From a virus (Duplodnaviria > Heunggongvirae > Uroviricota > Caudoviricetes), in the IMG/VR virus record IMGVR_UViG_2724679236_000008: a stretch of DNA of 64,000 nt; one strand, written 5' to 3'. How positions within the stretch are numbered: the first letter of the stretch is position 1; every line of letters starts with the position of its first letter. The notes beneath the pieces are model-generated. The model searched no databases, had not been told where the DNA came from, and was given only the letters and a program-made list of their open reading frames with translations. Both the position numbers and the translations under genes were made by a program. Of this stretch, positions 40,882 through 51,563 are shown one piece after another.

Positions 40882-43800
40882 ATGAATGACGTTACAGTTG
40901 TCACATCGGTTACTTACCCATCACCCGAGTCGTTGGCTCTGGTGGCTGATGTGCAATACCACGAACCATATCTGTCAGCCGCGCTAAACCGAAAATTCAG
41001 GGGAATTGTTGACCCGGGATTTTATGCTGGTTTCTTGCCTAAGCCTGGCGGTGGGATGAACCTGTTAATCACCTCAGTGGATGGTGATAAAACCGCTGGC
41101 GCGGCGTCAGTGGATATTGGAGAATTCTACCAAGTAACTATTCAGCACCGTAAGGATATTTCTCTTGCACTTAGCGCAGGTAAGAAATATGCAATTGTGC
41201 TGAAGGGAAGATACCTCCTTGGAGAGGATACCTATCAGGTTAATACCGCGTCACATATTCATGCGGCTGAATTTATTGCCAGAACTTATACCGATTCATA
41301 TCAGTTAGGAGATGGGGAGTTACTTGTTTGTACGGTAAATATCCCTGCTGGCGTATCTGCCATTACCCAGGAGATGATTGATACATCTGAGCGTATCAAC
41401 CGCACGATCGGCATTGAAATATCAGACTCTGTAACCAGCACCAGAAGTGATGTTGCGGCAAGTTCGCTGGCAGTTAAAAAAGCCTACGATCTGGCGAAAA
41501 GTAAGTATACGGCGCAGGATGCAAGCACAACGCAAAAGGGATTAGTTCAGCTCAGTAGCACAATTGACAGCGACAGCGAAACAATGGCGGCCACCCCTAA
41601 AGCCGTTAAGTCTGTAAAAGAACTGGCTGATACCAAAGCGCCAATAGAAAGCCCGAATCTGACAGGGAAACCAGGTGCCCCGACTGCGGCCCCAGGTACA
41701 AACAGTAATCAGATCGCGAATACAGCATTTGTTCATGCAGCTATAAGCGCGCTTATCAACGGCGCCCCGGGAACACTGGATACGCTGAAAGAAATTGCTG
41801 CTGCTATCAACAACGATCCGAAGTTCAGCACGACTATCAATAATGCGCTGAATCTTAAGGCTCCTTTAGCAAGCCCTGCATTCACCGGAATACCTACCGC
41901 GCCTACAGCACCGCAGGGTACAAATAATACACAGATAGCAACGACTGCTTATGTTAGGGCGGCTATTTCCGCATTGGTCGGTTCATCTCCTGAAGCTCTG
42001 GATACTCTGAATGAGTTAGCTGCGGCGCTTGGCAATGACCCGAACTTTGCGACAACCATGACCAATGCACTGGCAGGGAAACAGCCTCTTGATGCAACCT
42101 TAACCGCGCTCGCTGCCCTTGCGACTGGTGCAAATAAACTGCCTTATTTCACCGGTAAGGATACGGTAGCGCAGACTGATTTAACGTCAGTCGGTCGCGA
42201 TATTCTGGCTAAAACAAGCACACTGGCCGTTATCCAATACCTTGGTTTAAGAGAACTTGGCACAAGCGGTGAAAAGATCCCCCTGTTGAGCACGGCTAAC
42301 ACATGGAGTGCACGCCAGACTTTCAACGGTGGGATCACCGGGGCGCTGACAGGGAACGCCGACACCGCGACGAAATTAAAAACAGCACGGAAGATTAATA
42401 ATGCCCCGTTTGACGGTTCAGCTGATATTAATATCAACACTCTGGTGTCGCGTGGTCGCGTAACGGCTCTGGAGGCGAATGCACAGGGAGCATCAGGGAT
42501 TCAACTGTATGAGGCCTACAATAATGGCTATCCTTCTACCTATGGCAATGTGCTTCACCTTAAAGGTGCCACCGCTGCTGGCGAAGGTGAGTTATTCATT
42601 GGCTGGAGTGGCACGAGCGGTGCCCATGCGCCAGTACATATTCGTTCGCGGCGGGATACTGATTCTGCCAGCTGGTCAGAATGGGCACAAATTTATACGT
42701 CAAAAGACTCAGTTCCTGGTGTTAATACCAAAGGCAATCAAGACACGACAGGTAATGCTGCCACCGCCACAAGATTGCAGACGGCGCACACTATCAACGG
42801 CGTCTCGTTTGATGGTTCTGAAGATATTGAACTAACGGCGGAAGATTTAAATCTCGAACAAACAGTAGAGTTAGCTGCTGGAGCATTGCAGAAAAACCAG
42901 AACGGCGCAGATATTCCAAACAAAGATAAATTTACGCAAACAATAGGTGCTTGCCGCTCTTTTCATAGCTCTATCAGCACAGGTGCAGGAAACTGGACGA
43001 CGGCGCAATTTATTGAATGGCTGGAATCTCAGTGGGCCTTCAATCATCCATACTGGCTGTGTAAATGCTCATGGTCATACGGCAATAATAAAATTATTAC
43101 TGACACCGGATGTGGACTTATTCACCTTGCGGGTTGCGTTATTGAAGTTATGGGCAATAAAGGCGCCATGACCATTCGTATAACCACACCGAGTACCTCT
43201 AGCAGTGGTGGCACCACTAATGCGCAATTTATATATATTAACCACGGTTCAGAGTATTTACCTGGCTGGCGACGTGACTACAACACGAAAAATCAGCAGG
43301 CCGCTTTTGCTTTAGGGCAAACAGGAAGCACTGTCGGAAATGATAAAGCTGTTGGCTGGAACTGGAATAGCGGGGTATATAACGCAAATATTGGTGGCGC
43401 ATCGACATTAATCCTCCACTTCAATATGAACGCGGGTAGCTGCCCTGCTGTACAGTTCCGCGTAAATTATAAGAACGGTGGTATTTATTATCGTTCAGCG
43501 CGTGATGGTTATGGCTTCGAGGCTGACTGGTCAGAGTTTTACACCACAACCCGAAAACCTTCAGCGGCAGATGTTGGGGCATATACTAAAGCGGAATGTA
43601 ATACGCGGTTTATTACAGGTATTCGATTAGGTACAAAATCATCAGCGCAAACATGGAATGGTCCTGGCTGGGGCGATAAATCAGGTTACGTTGTTACAGG
43701 TTCCGTTAACTCAAACAAAGATGAACTTATTGATACAACACAGGCAAGGCCAGTGCAATATTGTATCAATGGCACCTGGTATAATGCGGGAAGTATTTAA
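40882..43800 (+). CDS. tail fibre protein S: constant N-terminal part plus currently expressed variable C-terminal cassette (972 aa from ATG 40882)
   Basis: SD AAGGAT before ATG 40882; repeated collagen-like PTAP/GTN modules; C-terminal half shares repeated modules with the inverted cassette at 44779-46683. Confidence 0.8.
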   Translation: MNDVTVVTSVTYPSPESLALVADVQYHEPYLSAALNRKFRGIVDPGFYAGFLPKPGGGMNLLITSVDGDKTAGAASVDIGEFYQVTIQHRKDISLALSAGKKYAIVLKGRYLLGEDTYQVNTASHIHAAEFIARTYTDSYQLGDGELLVCTVNIPAGVSAITQEMIDTSERINRTIGIEISDSVTSTRSDVAASSLAVKKAYDLAKSKYTAQDASTTQKGLVQLSSTIDSDSETMAATPKAVKSVKELADTKAPIESPNLTGKPGAPTAAPGTNSNQIANTAFVHAAISALINGAPGTLDTLKEIAAAINNDPKFSTTINNALNLKAPLASPAFTGIPTAPTAPQGTNNTQIATTAYVRAAISALVGSSPEALDTLNELAAALGNDPNFATTMTNALAGKQPLDATLTALAALATGANKLPYFTGKDTVAQTDLTSVGRDILAKTSTLAVIQYLGLRELGTSGEKIPLLSTANTWSARQTFNGGITGALTGNADTATKLKTARKINNAPFDGSADININTLVSRGRVTALEANAQGASGIQLYEAYNNGYPSTYGNVLHLKGATAAGEGELFIGWSGTSGAHAPVHIRSRRDTDSASWSEWAQIYTSKDSVPGVNTKGNQDTTGNAATATRLQTAHTINGVSFDGSEDIELTAEDLNLEQTVELAAGALQKNQNGADIPNKDKFTQTIGACRSFHSSISTGAGNWTTAQFIEWLESQWAFNHPYWLCKCSWSYGNNKIITDTGCGLIHLAGCVIEVMGNKGAMTIRITTPSTSSSGGTTNAQFIYINHGSEYLPGWRRDYNTKNQQAAFALGQTGSTVGNDKAVGWNWNSGVYNANIGGASTLILHFNMNAGSCPAVQFRVNYKNGGIYYRSARDGYGFEADWSEFYTTTRKPSAADVGAYTKAECNTRFITGIRLGTKSSAQTWNGPGWGDKSGYVVTGSVNSNKDELIDTTQARPVQYCINGTWYNAGSI
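42230..42255. other. cix-type inversion crossover site (left) inside the tail-fibre gene
   Basis: tatccaatacc-TT-GGTTTAAGAGAA; right half is the exact inverted copy of the site at 46714-46739; identity with the inverted right-end sequence begins here. Confidence 0.5.
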
Positions 43801-43802
43801 TT

Positions 43803-44336
43803 ATGATGCATTTAAAAAATATTAAAGCAGGAAACCCCAAAACCGTAGAACAATATGAATTAACACGACAATTTGGCGTTGTCTGGTTGTATTCTGATGA
43901 CGATAGAAACTGGTATGAGGAACAGAAAAACTTTCAGGGAGATACAATAAAAATTGCTTACACTGCCGATGGAATCATTGTGGCTGTAGATAAGGATGTA
44001 TCGACAATTAATCCCGAAGGTTTAAGCGTTGTTGAGGTTCCTGATATTACAGCCAATAGGCGGGCCGATATTTCTGGTAACTGGCTGTTCAAAGATGGGG
44101 CGGTGATAAAGCGAACTTATACCGGAGAAGAACAGAGGCAACAGGCGGAAAATGAGAAGCAAAACCTGTTACAACTCGTCAGGGATAAAACTCAGCTATG
44201 GGATTCTCAGCTACGACTTGGAATTATTTCTGCTGAGAATAAACAAAAATTAACCGAGTGGATGCTCTACGCACAGAAAGTTGAATCCATAGACATCTCT
44301 ATCCTACCAGTAACATTTCCCGAACAACCAGAATGA
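43803..44336 (+). CDS. tail fibre assembly chaperone (U-type, 177 aa)
   Basis: Follows tail-fibre gene; C-terminal ENKQKLTEWMLYAQKV is similar to the C-terminus of the convergent paralog at 44364-44777. Confidence 0.65.
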   Translation: MMHLKNIKAGNPKTVEQYELTRQFGVVWLYSDDDRNWYEEQKNFQGDTIKIAYTADGIIVAVDKDVSTINPEGLSVVEVPDITANRRADISGNWLFKDGAVIKRTYTGEEQRQQAENEKQNLLQLVRDKTQLWDSQLRLGIISAENKQKLTEWMLYAQKVESIDISILPVTFPEQPE

Positions 44337-44340
44337 GAGA

Positions 44341-44366
44341 AGGCCCGCATCGGGCCTTAATTTTTA
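44341..44366. terminator. bidirectional terminator between the convergent chaperone genes
   Basis: AGGCCCG-CATC-GGGCCT followed by TAATTTTT. Confidence 0.55.
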
Positions 44367-44777
44367 CTCTGGTTTTTGTGGCCATTCTGGCTTTGCCGTA
44401 TCCACGCGGCTGAGCAGAACGCTGTAACGTTCCCAGGATTCCAGTTGGCTACGCTCCTCATCCGTCGCCATATTCAGTCTGACAGCTCGTTCCAGTGGCA
44501 ATATGATAGACTCCGCTTCTGTCAGAAGCTTAGATTTTTTCCTCTCCGCTTGCCAGATTAAGTCAGCTTGGGTTGGTGGTTCTGGTTCCATTAAAACTGG
44601 TTGACCGTATTCATTTGAATTGATTTTTTTACCTTCTGATTGTTTATCCAGGAGATAATGATACCAGCGGTCTGATATTTCAATAGCATCATCAGGCCAT
44701 GCACCATTAATATCATAATCGCTTTTTAGATTATCATCATAAAAACCATTTGTTGACGGGCTGTAATAAATTGTCAT
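44364..44777 (-). CDS. alternative tail fibre assembly chaperone (inverted-orientation copy, 137 aa)
   Basis: C-terminal [19 protein letters not shown] parallels the plus-strand chaperone; directly downstream of the inverted fibre cassette. Confidence 0.6.
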   Translation of the reverse strand: MTIYYSPSTNGFYDDNLKSDYDINGAWPDDAIEISDRWYHYLLDKQSEGKKINSNEYGQPVLMEPEPPTQADLIWQAERKKSKLLTEAESIILPLERAVRLNMATDEERSQLESWERYSVLLSRVDTAKPEWPQKPE

Positions 44778-44778
44778 A

Positions 44779-46683
44779 TTAGTAACCTATAGCTGTCCAG
44801 TACATATTGCCGTTACCCTCACTGTTAAATTTTGTTCCGGTTCTGGATAGTGAGTTAACAGCAATGCTGTAGTCAAAACGACCATGCGCGTTAGTGATTG
44901 TTATGCTTGTACAGGCAGAGGGAAAAGCTATTGGAAATGTTAACCCTGCTCCAGCATTAGAAATATATCCCCACTGCGTAATAATTCCTGTAGAGACATC
45001 TTTATGCCAGCCATTCGCCGCTTTGAACGCGGTATTTTTAGCCTGATAACGGGAGTCAAAATTACCGTAATCTGACGGGTTAACACGCCCACTAATATTC
45101 AGTAGTTTATTACTTTGAATACTTCCACTCGTAAAGCGGAAAACATGGGCATTGTTAGCATAAACATCAAGAACACCATCGCCATTTTGCTTTAAACCAG
45201 TATCACCATCACCCAGAACAATGGAGTTACCTCCTAAAGCGTTTGCCGTTCTTATACCAAGTGCGCCGTTCAACTGGCCGCCAGATAACGGCAATGCCCC
45301 AACTTCAGCGGCAGTAGGTCTAATATGCGAACTGTAAATTACATAAACCGTTCCATCAGTCAGGCCTGTCGGTTTATTCGCTGTATAAGTTGGTGATGTA
45401 TGAATTTGTACAGTGGCATCCTTTGTATAATCCCACTGGATATTAACACCCGTGGCGTAATTACCTATTTCTACATAAATGTCATAGGTATCACCGGATG
45501 TATTCACCCATGCAAAATTAGTAAATCCTGATGATGTCCGCCGCCATAATGCACCAGTGATGCCTTTAGGGTTTCCATTGCCAGCACGTAAAACAAGTTC
45601 AGATATACCCGCCTGCTGCGGGGAACCGACATTATATCCAGCACCACCAATCAGGCTTACATAAACCACGGAACTGGCCTGTGGCATAGTTACAGTCGCC
45701 AGTTTGAACCATCCTGCACCGCCATTAAAGGATATGGTTGTTGAATTTGTTGTCCCGATGTTGCGCAGGAATAATTTTTTATCAGGAATATCTGCACCGT
45801 TCTGGTTTTTCTGCAATGCTCCAGCAGCTAACTCTACTGTTTGTTCGAGATTTAAATCTTCCGCCGTTAGTTCAATGTCTTCAGAACCATCAAACGAGAC
45901 GCCGTTGATAGTACATGCTGTCTGCAACTTGGTCGCTGTCGCTGCATTACCGGTAGTGTCTTGATTACCTTTTGTATTCACACCAGGCAAATCTATATCG
46001 GCTGAACCATCAAAGGATACACCACCTATGTTTATTGAACTTGCTAATTTCGTTGCTGTTGCTGCATTTCCTGAAAGGCTTGAAACAAACTGATGTGAGC
46101 AGTAATAACCACGTCCATTTTTAAAATCCAGAATGGTTTGAGTATTTGTACTTTCTGCTACTGGATCTGTGGCCCCCCACTTATAGGTGGCTTGACCAAC
46201 GGTATAGTCAGTAGTTGGAACAATTACGTTCAAGCCCTCCTCAGCAAATATCTTGATAGGAAATGCTCTGGCTTCAACGTAAAATACACTACACAAATCG
46301 TCATCTTTCACACTTGAAATAATCGAGTGTATAGCTCGCTCAGCAGTAGAATATATTGAGAAAAAACCAGCCGCATATGAACCGCGATCAGACCAACCGC
46401 CAGGCATAACAAACCCATTAAATTCACAATTATTCATGGCGTATCCGCCAGCTGAGGAATAAGTAGTTATCACAACTCGTGAGGCTAATTCATCGGTACT
46501 GCCTCCAGATCGGCGAAAGACTATAGGATACCACTTACCGCTTACTGCATTTGCAGGCGCTGAAAAAGTGTATTTTCGCATCCCTTTTTTATTGTCTATT
46601 TCGCTTTTGCTGTAAACGTCCAGATCTTTAGGAGTCNNNNNNNNNNAAGTCTGGCGTGCACTCCATGTGTTAGCCGTGCTCAA
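44779..46683 (-). CDS. silent alternative tail-fibre C-terminal cassette (no own start; expressed only after inversion); contains an N10 gap
   Basis: Open frame continues upstream to the cix site; N-terminus [11 protein letters not shown] identical to S residues at 42290; shares the [18 protein letters not shown]...[31 protein letters not shown] module with S. Confidence 0.6.
   Translation of the reverse strand: MSTANTWSARQTXXXXTPKDLDVYSKSEIDNKKGMRKYTFSAPANAVSGKWYPIVFRRSGGSTDELASRVVITTYSSAGGYAMNNCEFNGFVMPGGWSDRGSYAAGFFSIYSTAERAIHSIISSVKDDDLCSVFYVEARAFPIKIFAEEGLNVIVPTTDYTVGQATYKWGATDPVAESTNTQTILDFKNGRGYYCSHQFVSSLSGNAATATKLASSINIGGVSFDGSADIDLPGVNTKGNQDTTGNAATATKLQTACTINGVSFDGSEDIELTAEDLNLEQTVELAAGALQKNQNGADIPDKKLFLRNIGTTNSTTISFNGGAGWFKLATVTMPQASSVVYVSLIGGAGYNVGSPQQAGISELVLRAGNGNPKGITGALWRRTSSGFTNFAWVNTSGDTYDIYVEIGNYATGVNIQWDYTKDATVQIHTSPTYTANKPTGLTDGTVYVIYSSHIRPTAAEVGALPLSGGQLNGALGIRTANALGGNSIVLGDGDTGLKQNGDGVLDVYANNAHVFRFTSGSIQSNKLLNISGRVNPSDYGNFDSRYQAKNTAFKAANGWHKDVSTGIITQWGYISNAGAGLTFPIAFPSACTSITITNAHGRFDYSIAVNSLSRTGTKFNSEGNGNMYWTAIGY
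46637..46646. other. assembly gap (10 N)
   Basis: Literal nnnnnnnnnn in sequence, inside the inverted repeat of the invertible segment. Confidence 0.99.
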
Positions 46684-46713
46684 CAGGGGGATCTTTTCAC
46701 CGCTTGTGCCAAG

Positions 46714-46739
46714 TTCTCTTAAACCAAGGTTTAGGATTG
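46714..46739. other. cix-type inversion crossover site (right), overlapping the 3' end of cin
   Basis: TTCTCTTAAACC-AA-GGTTTAGGATTG: two imperfect inverted 12-bp half-sites around a 2-bp core, same architecture as gix/hix sites. Confidence 0.55.
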
Positions 46740-47291
46740 AAATGATGACGCAGGAAACTTTTTATAAAGCGTGGAAACAGCAACATCATAGATGATTGCA
46801 ACCTGCTTACGGGGGATGCCATTCTCCAGCAATCGACGCATTTGCTGCCATGTTTCTTCCGGGTATTTAGGTCTGCGGCCTCCTATTCGACCTTCTGCGC
46901 GAGCTGCATCAAGTCCAGCGCGTGTACGTTCAACGATAAGCTCGCGTTCCATTTCTGCCAGTGCCCCCATTACGTGAAAGAAAAAGCGCCCCATTGGTGT
47001 ACTGGTGTCGATGGAGTCAGTGAGACTCCGGAAGTTAATTCCTCTGTCACGTAGCTCTTCCACCAGCACAACCAAGTGACGCATGCTGCGCCCAAGGCGA
47101 TCTAACTTCCATACGATCAGGGTGTCACCTCTGGAAAGCATACGCAAAACCTTTTTTAGCCCTGGGCGTTCAGCCTTTTTGCCGCTCGCCTTATCCTCAA
47201 AAATTAGCTCACATCCTGCGCTTTCAAGAGCGTTTCGTTGTAAAGCAGTGTTTTGTTCATTTGTTGATACGCGTACATAGCCTATTAGCAT
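46731..47291 (-). CDS. cin: Cin/Gin/Hin-family serine DNA invertase (186 aa)
   Basis: MLIGYVRVSTNEQNTALQ (catalytic Ser), resolvase/invertase catalytic domain and C-terminal HTH; adjacent to invertible tail-fibre segment. Confidence 0.9.
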   Translation of the reverse strand: MLIGYVRVSTNEQNTALQRNALESAGCELIFEDKASGKKAERPGLKKVLRMLSRGDTLIVWKLDRLGRSMRHLVVLVEELRDRGINFRSLTDSIDTSTPMGRFFFHVMGALAEMERELIVERTRAGLDAARAEGRIGGRRPKYPEETWQQMRRLLENGIPRKQVAIIYDVAVSTLYKKFPASSFQS

Positions 47292-47419
47292 ATTTTCTGC
47301 TCACTATCGTTATTTATAGCAAGCTGCGGATTTTAATTAACAAAAAACCAGTATGTGTGGAAATCACAAAGTACATACCGTTTCCCAATGAGATTTAATT
47401 CACTATTGAGGAAATAGTT

Positions 47420-47701
47420 ATGTTTGATTTCACAATAATGCTCCTCTCCATCCTTGGCGGGGTGCATTCGTTTCTGAATGGGGTTCGTGAAAAACGTTAC
47501 GAAGCGTCATGCAGGCAATTGATGGCCGAGTGTATTGCTGCCGTACTTGCAGGCTTTATAGGCATGTATTTCGCGGAATATAAGGGTATGGATGAAAGTC
47601 TTCAGAATTGCGTGACTATTATTTGCAGCATCAATAACAGGCTCATTCTTGAAAAGTTACAAAGGATTATCGATTCGTACCTCAGTAGAAATGCCTCTTA
47701 A
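47420..47701 (+). CDS. small membrane protein, holin-like (93 aa)
   Basis: Two hydrophobic helices and charged C-terminus; precedes holin/antiholin-like pair. Confidence 0.4.
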   Translation: MFDFTIMLLSILGGVHSFLNGVREKRYEASCRQLMAECIAAVLAGFIGMYFAEYKGMDESLQNCVTIICSINNRLILEKLQRIIDSYLSRNAS

Positions 47702-47702
47702 G

Positions 47703-47727
47703 CAACAAATGACCGGTTGAGAAGTTA
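47703..47727 (+). promoter_or_regulatory. late-promoter-like motif CAACAAATGACcggttgAGAAGTTA
   Basis: Same AACAAATGAC core as 697 and 32123; 40 nt upstream of GTG 47769. Confidence 0.35.
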
Positions 47728-47768
47728 CTTTGCATACCATTACCTCCTGACAACGTAGGAGGGAACTT

Positions 47769-48098
47769 GTGCTTGACACACAGGAATTAGCTCCAGTTGC
47801 TATTGCGCTCCTGCTTTCAGTAATTGGTGGGATAGGCACGTTCCTGATGGATGTCCGAGACGGTCGCCAGTCTGGCAATTTGTTGGGATTGGTTACGGAG
47901 ATCTTTGTTGCAGTGACAGCTGGCGCGGTGGCGTACCTATTGGGGCAACACGAGGGCTGGGAGTTATCAATTACGTACTTAATGGTAACGATAGCCAGCA
48001 ATAACGGTCATGAGGTGATTTCAGGGATGAAACGAGTGAATATCGATAGCATTCTGAATGTTCTTACAAGTTTGGTGAAAAAGGGAGGCGGGAAATGA
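47769..48098 (+). CDS. holin candidate (LydA-position, 109 aa, GTG start)
   Basis: SD AGGAGG 8 nt before GTG; three hydrophobic segments; lysine-rich C-terminus KKGGGK. Confidence 0.5.
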   Translation: MLDTQELAPVAIALLLSVIGGIGTFLMDVRDGRQSGNLLGLVTEIFVAVTAGAVAYLLGQHEGWELSITYLMVTIASNNGHEVISGMKRVNIDSILNVLTSLVKKGGGK

Positions 48099-48538
48099 TT
48101 GGCTGGGGTGTATGCGCTCTTGCGGCAGCCTTAGCTGATCGCTATTTGCTAAAACGCAAGGACATCACGAATTTAGAGCTTGGTGATGTGGAAATTAAAC
48201 CGGGATTTATCCGGGTGCCGTTCAAATATCGGTCTAAATTCCCGTTTTTGCGCGGTGCAACGGTCAGATATTGGATCCGTGATGTTCAGAAGCCGACGAC
48301 AGTGATTGAAGGCGAACAACGTTGCCTGACGTCGGCTGAACAGGGCGAAAACAGTGAATGGTTGTACATACCCACTGAATATATGGGTAAAGGAGAACGA
48401 CTGTGGCATTTCAACGTCATGGTTACGCACGGCGACTCGTTCATTAACCCGTTGTATCGGATTTTCCCTGTTACTCAGCAAATCCGCAGAAGTTACGTAA
48501 TAAATCTCGCACAGGATGTGTCAGATGACGAAAAATAA
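48095..48538 (+). CDS. putative antiholin/lysis regulator (LydB-position, 147 aa)
   Basis: ATGA overlap with holin gene; soluble; assignment by position. Confidence 0.4.
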   Translation: MIGWGVCALAAALADRYLLKRKDITNLELGDVEIKPGFIRVPFKYRSKFPFLRGATVRYWIRDVQKPTTVIEGEQRCLTSAEQGENSEWLYIPTEYMGKGERLWHFNVMVTHGDSFINPLYRIFPVTQQIRRSYVINLAQDVSDDEK

Positions 48539-49127
48539 GTATGCAACGGTCGATTTTGACCAGGTTAATGAAAAGGGGCTGAAATCCCTTATCGCGGCGA
48601 TCAATAAAACCGGTGTTACGGTAATTGAGGTTGACTCCAGCAACCGCGCAACAACGAAAGATGGCGTTAAAGTTAAAACCGCAAAGCTGGTTCTTAACGA
48701 CGGACAAATTCTTGCCATACAGGTAAACGATACTGGTGATATATCGGCTGTGAAACTGAATGGAAAATCTATTCCTAACGCACAGTCGCCAGATATCAAG
48801 ACGCTTGGTACCGTCATGGGGCAAGCGGCCCGCAAAAACTCCGCGAAATTCCAGAAATCACTGATCGCCAAAGCGAAGCGTGTTGCCAATCCGGTAGACA
48901 AGAAACCAGCAGTTAAATCCAACTTTCAGCGCCTGCAAGAAGCAAAACAGCGGAATGCTCAGGTGGTTGCCGCTTATAAGTCCGCGCAGAATTCGGTGTC
49001 TTTCAATCAACAGCAGATCACTGATTTGCGGGCGAAGCTGGATAAGGAGACGGGCCGACTCAATAACGAAAAGGCACGGAATGGCGAACTCAAACGCCGT
49101 CTTAAGCAACTGAAAGCAGGAAATTAA
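48516..49127 (+). CDS. lysine-rich coiled-coil protein (Hdf-position, 203 aa)
   Basis: Overlaps upstream gene; precedes the DarA-like reading frame. Confidence 0.45.
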   Translation: MCQMTKNKYATVDFDQVNEKGLKSLIAAINKTGVTVIEVDSSNRATTKDGVKVKTAKLVLNDGQILAIQVNDTGDISAVKLNGKSIPNAQSPDIKTLGTVMGQAARKNSAKFQKSLIAKAKRVANPVDKKPAVKSNFQRLQEAKQRNAQVVAAYKSAQNSVSFNQQQITDLRAKLDKETGRLNNEKARNGELKRRLKQLKAGN

Positions 49128-49128
49128 C

Positions 49129-51047
49129 ATGGAACAGTTCAATATCAATAAAGGGGTGACGATCAAACCTGGGCTTGACGTGCTTCCCCCGCCAGTGACT
49201 GATGATGAATATCGCGCATTAATGGCCGGTGAGGACCGCTATCTGATGACGGAATCCAACACCCTGGAGGAAATCGAGGCTACGTTCTTCTATGACACGC
49301 CGATCCACTGGTGTGCTACGGATTTACTGGAGGCGATTAGTTCTACTCGTTTGCAGTTACACCGGACCATGCAGGCATTTGTCCGGGCATTGAACCAGAA
49401 GCTGAATGGTACCGGAATCTCTGCGGGGAGTGATAAAACGGGGATGTGGCCCAGAGCGGCGCGCGCGCGATCGGCGGCGCTGAAATTGGTCGGGCACGTA
49501 ACGTTAACGGGCTGCCGGTCCTGCCAGCCATTATTCCGCTCAGTGATGGTCAGACTATCAGCATTTTGTTTCATAGCCCGACAGCGGAAAACCGGATCAC
49601 CAATAGCGATACGCTGGTTGCTTTCCAGTTCTTACTGAATAAAAAAGACGTTACTCACACCGTTGCTCCGATGAGTGGACGTGATATGACGCTGGCGCAG
49701 GTCACCATGAAACTTGCCAACCTTGCAGAGAAAAACTCGGCAAAATTCCAGCGTGCGCAGAAGAAGAAAAAAGCCCTGGTTGATGAAATAACCCAACTAC
49801 AGGCTGACAGTGACCAGAAAGAGGATGCCATGAGCGACCTCGCGGATCAGGTGGCAGCGGTAGAAGGCCAGAAGGCAGATCTGGAGCAGAAAATTAACGC
49901 GGTTGCTTCGGAAGCGGATTCTCTTTATCAAGAAAATGAGCGTTTGCAGGCGGAGATTGAGCAGCTCAATCGCACTGGTGGGCGCGATACCATTGCTCCA
50001 ACGGGGATGACTGGTGGGCACTCTCGCGCGCTGACGGATCGCCTTGCCAGTATCAAAAATCGTATGCATATGGACGGGGAAGCGACGCTCAGTAATGGTG
50101 CATCAATGAAGCAATTCATTGGGGACGGCAAAGGGTATGTCCAGTTAACCGATCCGGATGGCAGCGTGTACATGATCAAGGCTAAATCCATACAGGGTGT
50201 GGACATGGCAGATGCGATCGGCAAGCTGTTTAAAGCCTATAAAGCGGGTAATGTATCGGAATATCTGGTCCAACCAGAAGAGCCTAAACCGGAAAACGTC
50301 GAACCTGAACCAGCGGAGGATACCGGTAGCTCTTCGCCTGAACCAGAAGTCTCTGTAGGTGCATATCGATATGCCCTGCAAATGCGTCCGGCGGCCCCAG
50401 GCGCGATACCTGAAGGTAACAAAGCAATTCTGCCGTGCCCTGATGAAGGTGACCCGTATTATGAATATGCGCGCTACGGCATTGTTACTTACGATACCCC
50501 GCTTTCTGATCAGCAAATGAGTGAGTACGACCTGAAGTTATTGCCTCGCGAGGATTCTTTCGACTTCCTGGCGAAGACACTTACTAATGGTCCGTTTGGC
50601 AAATATGCACAAAAAGCTCTGGAGCTGGCCACCAGCTCACCAGACGAGTTCCGCGTAATGCTGAAAACTCAGTTTCAAAAAACTTTCCCCAATATTGCGT
50701 TTCCGGGGGGCGCAGGCACCGAGAAAATGGTGCAGAGCATGATCAATGCATTGCAGGCCGAAGTCGGTGAGATTACTCAACCAGAATCGGCCCCGGAACA
50801 GCATGATGAAAAGGTTAGCGAAGCAGATGCAGAGGCTAATAAAGCCATTGAATATCTCAATAACGTGATGGATATGCAAAGCACTGACATGGCGGAGATC
50901 CGCAACGCCAGGGGCAATGTCAGGGAAGCGATTGCTGCCCTTCAGGCTGCCGGACGTTTTGATGAAAACGAAGAGCTGGTTAACGGCGCAGCTCGCCACC
51001 TGGCTGATCTGCTGGTAGCAATCCAGAAAGCGGGAGTAGCGGCATGA
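49129..51047 (+). pseudogene. DarA-like head/antirestriction protein gene interrupted by a frameshift near 49435-49470 (or sequencing error)
   Basis: Frame 1 ORF 49129-49638 and frame 0 ORF 49446-51047 together span 1919 bp, the size I recall for intact darA; junction lies in aaaacgggg / gcgcgcgcg runs. Confidence 0.5.
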
Positions 51048-51430
51048 CACTATCAGCTATTGAGTTAATGGACCTCAGCGATAAGTTGGATGCTCTGATG
51101 TCCAAAGCTGCTACCGCGAGTGGCATGGAGTTGCTGGATATCAGCGATGAAATTGACCAGATCATGCAACAGATGGGGTACGGCGCGTCCGGCGGCGGTA
51201 GTGGCGAGGAAAAACAACCTTCAGTACATGATGGTGTGCCAAAACTGGTTGCTGATTTCCTGGCTGATAAATTCGTCGATCAGAGCACCGATGCATTTAT
51301 CGGCACCTTGCAGGACTTGAGTCAATATGTTGGCACATACATCGACCTGGACCAGGTTAAACAGCACACGGCGGCATGGATAGCCGCCAACATTAAAGAG
51401 GCTTCAGGTGTTCGCAGCAACTCTACATGA
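51044..51430 (+). CDS. small acidic protein (DdrA-position, 128 aa)
   Basis: ATGA overlap with preceding frame; followed by a strong terminator. Confidence 0.45.
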   Translation: MTLSAIELMDLSDKLDALMSKAATASGMELLDISDEIDQIMQQMGYGASGGGSGEEKQPSVHDGVPKLVADFLADKFVDQSTDAFIGTLQDLSQYVGTYIDLDQVKQHTAAWIAANIKEASGVRSNST

Positions 51431-51491
51431 GCTGTAGTTTTCGAAGATTCTCACAAGTTCATTTCGCGTAGGTATTTATTTAACCATTAAA

Positions 51492-51529
51492 GCCGAATGC
51501 GGCGGGCACACCACATTCGGCAATTTTTT
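51492..51529. terminator. rho-independent terminator between Dar-type operon and convergent gldA
   Basis: GCCGAATG-(14 nt loop)-CATTCGGC followed by AATTTTTTG. Confidence 0.6.
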
Positions 51530-51563
51530 GAAAACTATCAATGAATTAAATAATCAGAGGGGC

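Noticed and set aside
45704-45964. 86-aa plus-strand ORF inside the inverted fibre cassette (and its twin at 42738-42923 on the minus strand)
   Set aside because: Antisense image of the shared tail-fibre module; both are shadow ORFs of the inverted repeat.
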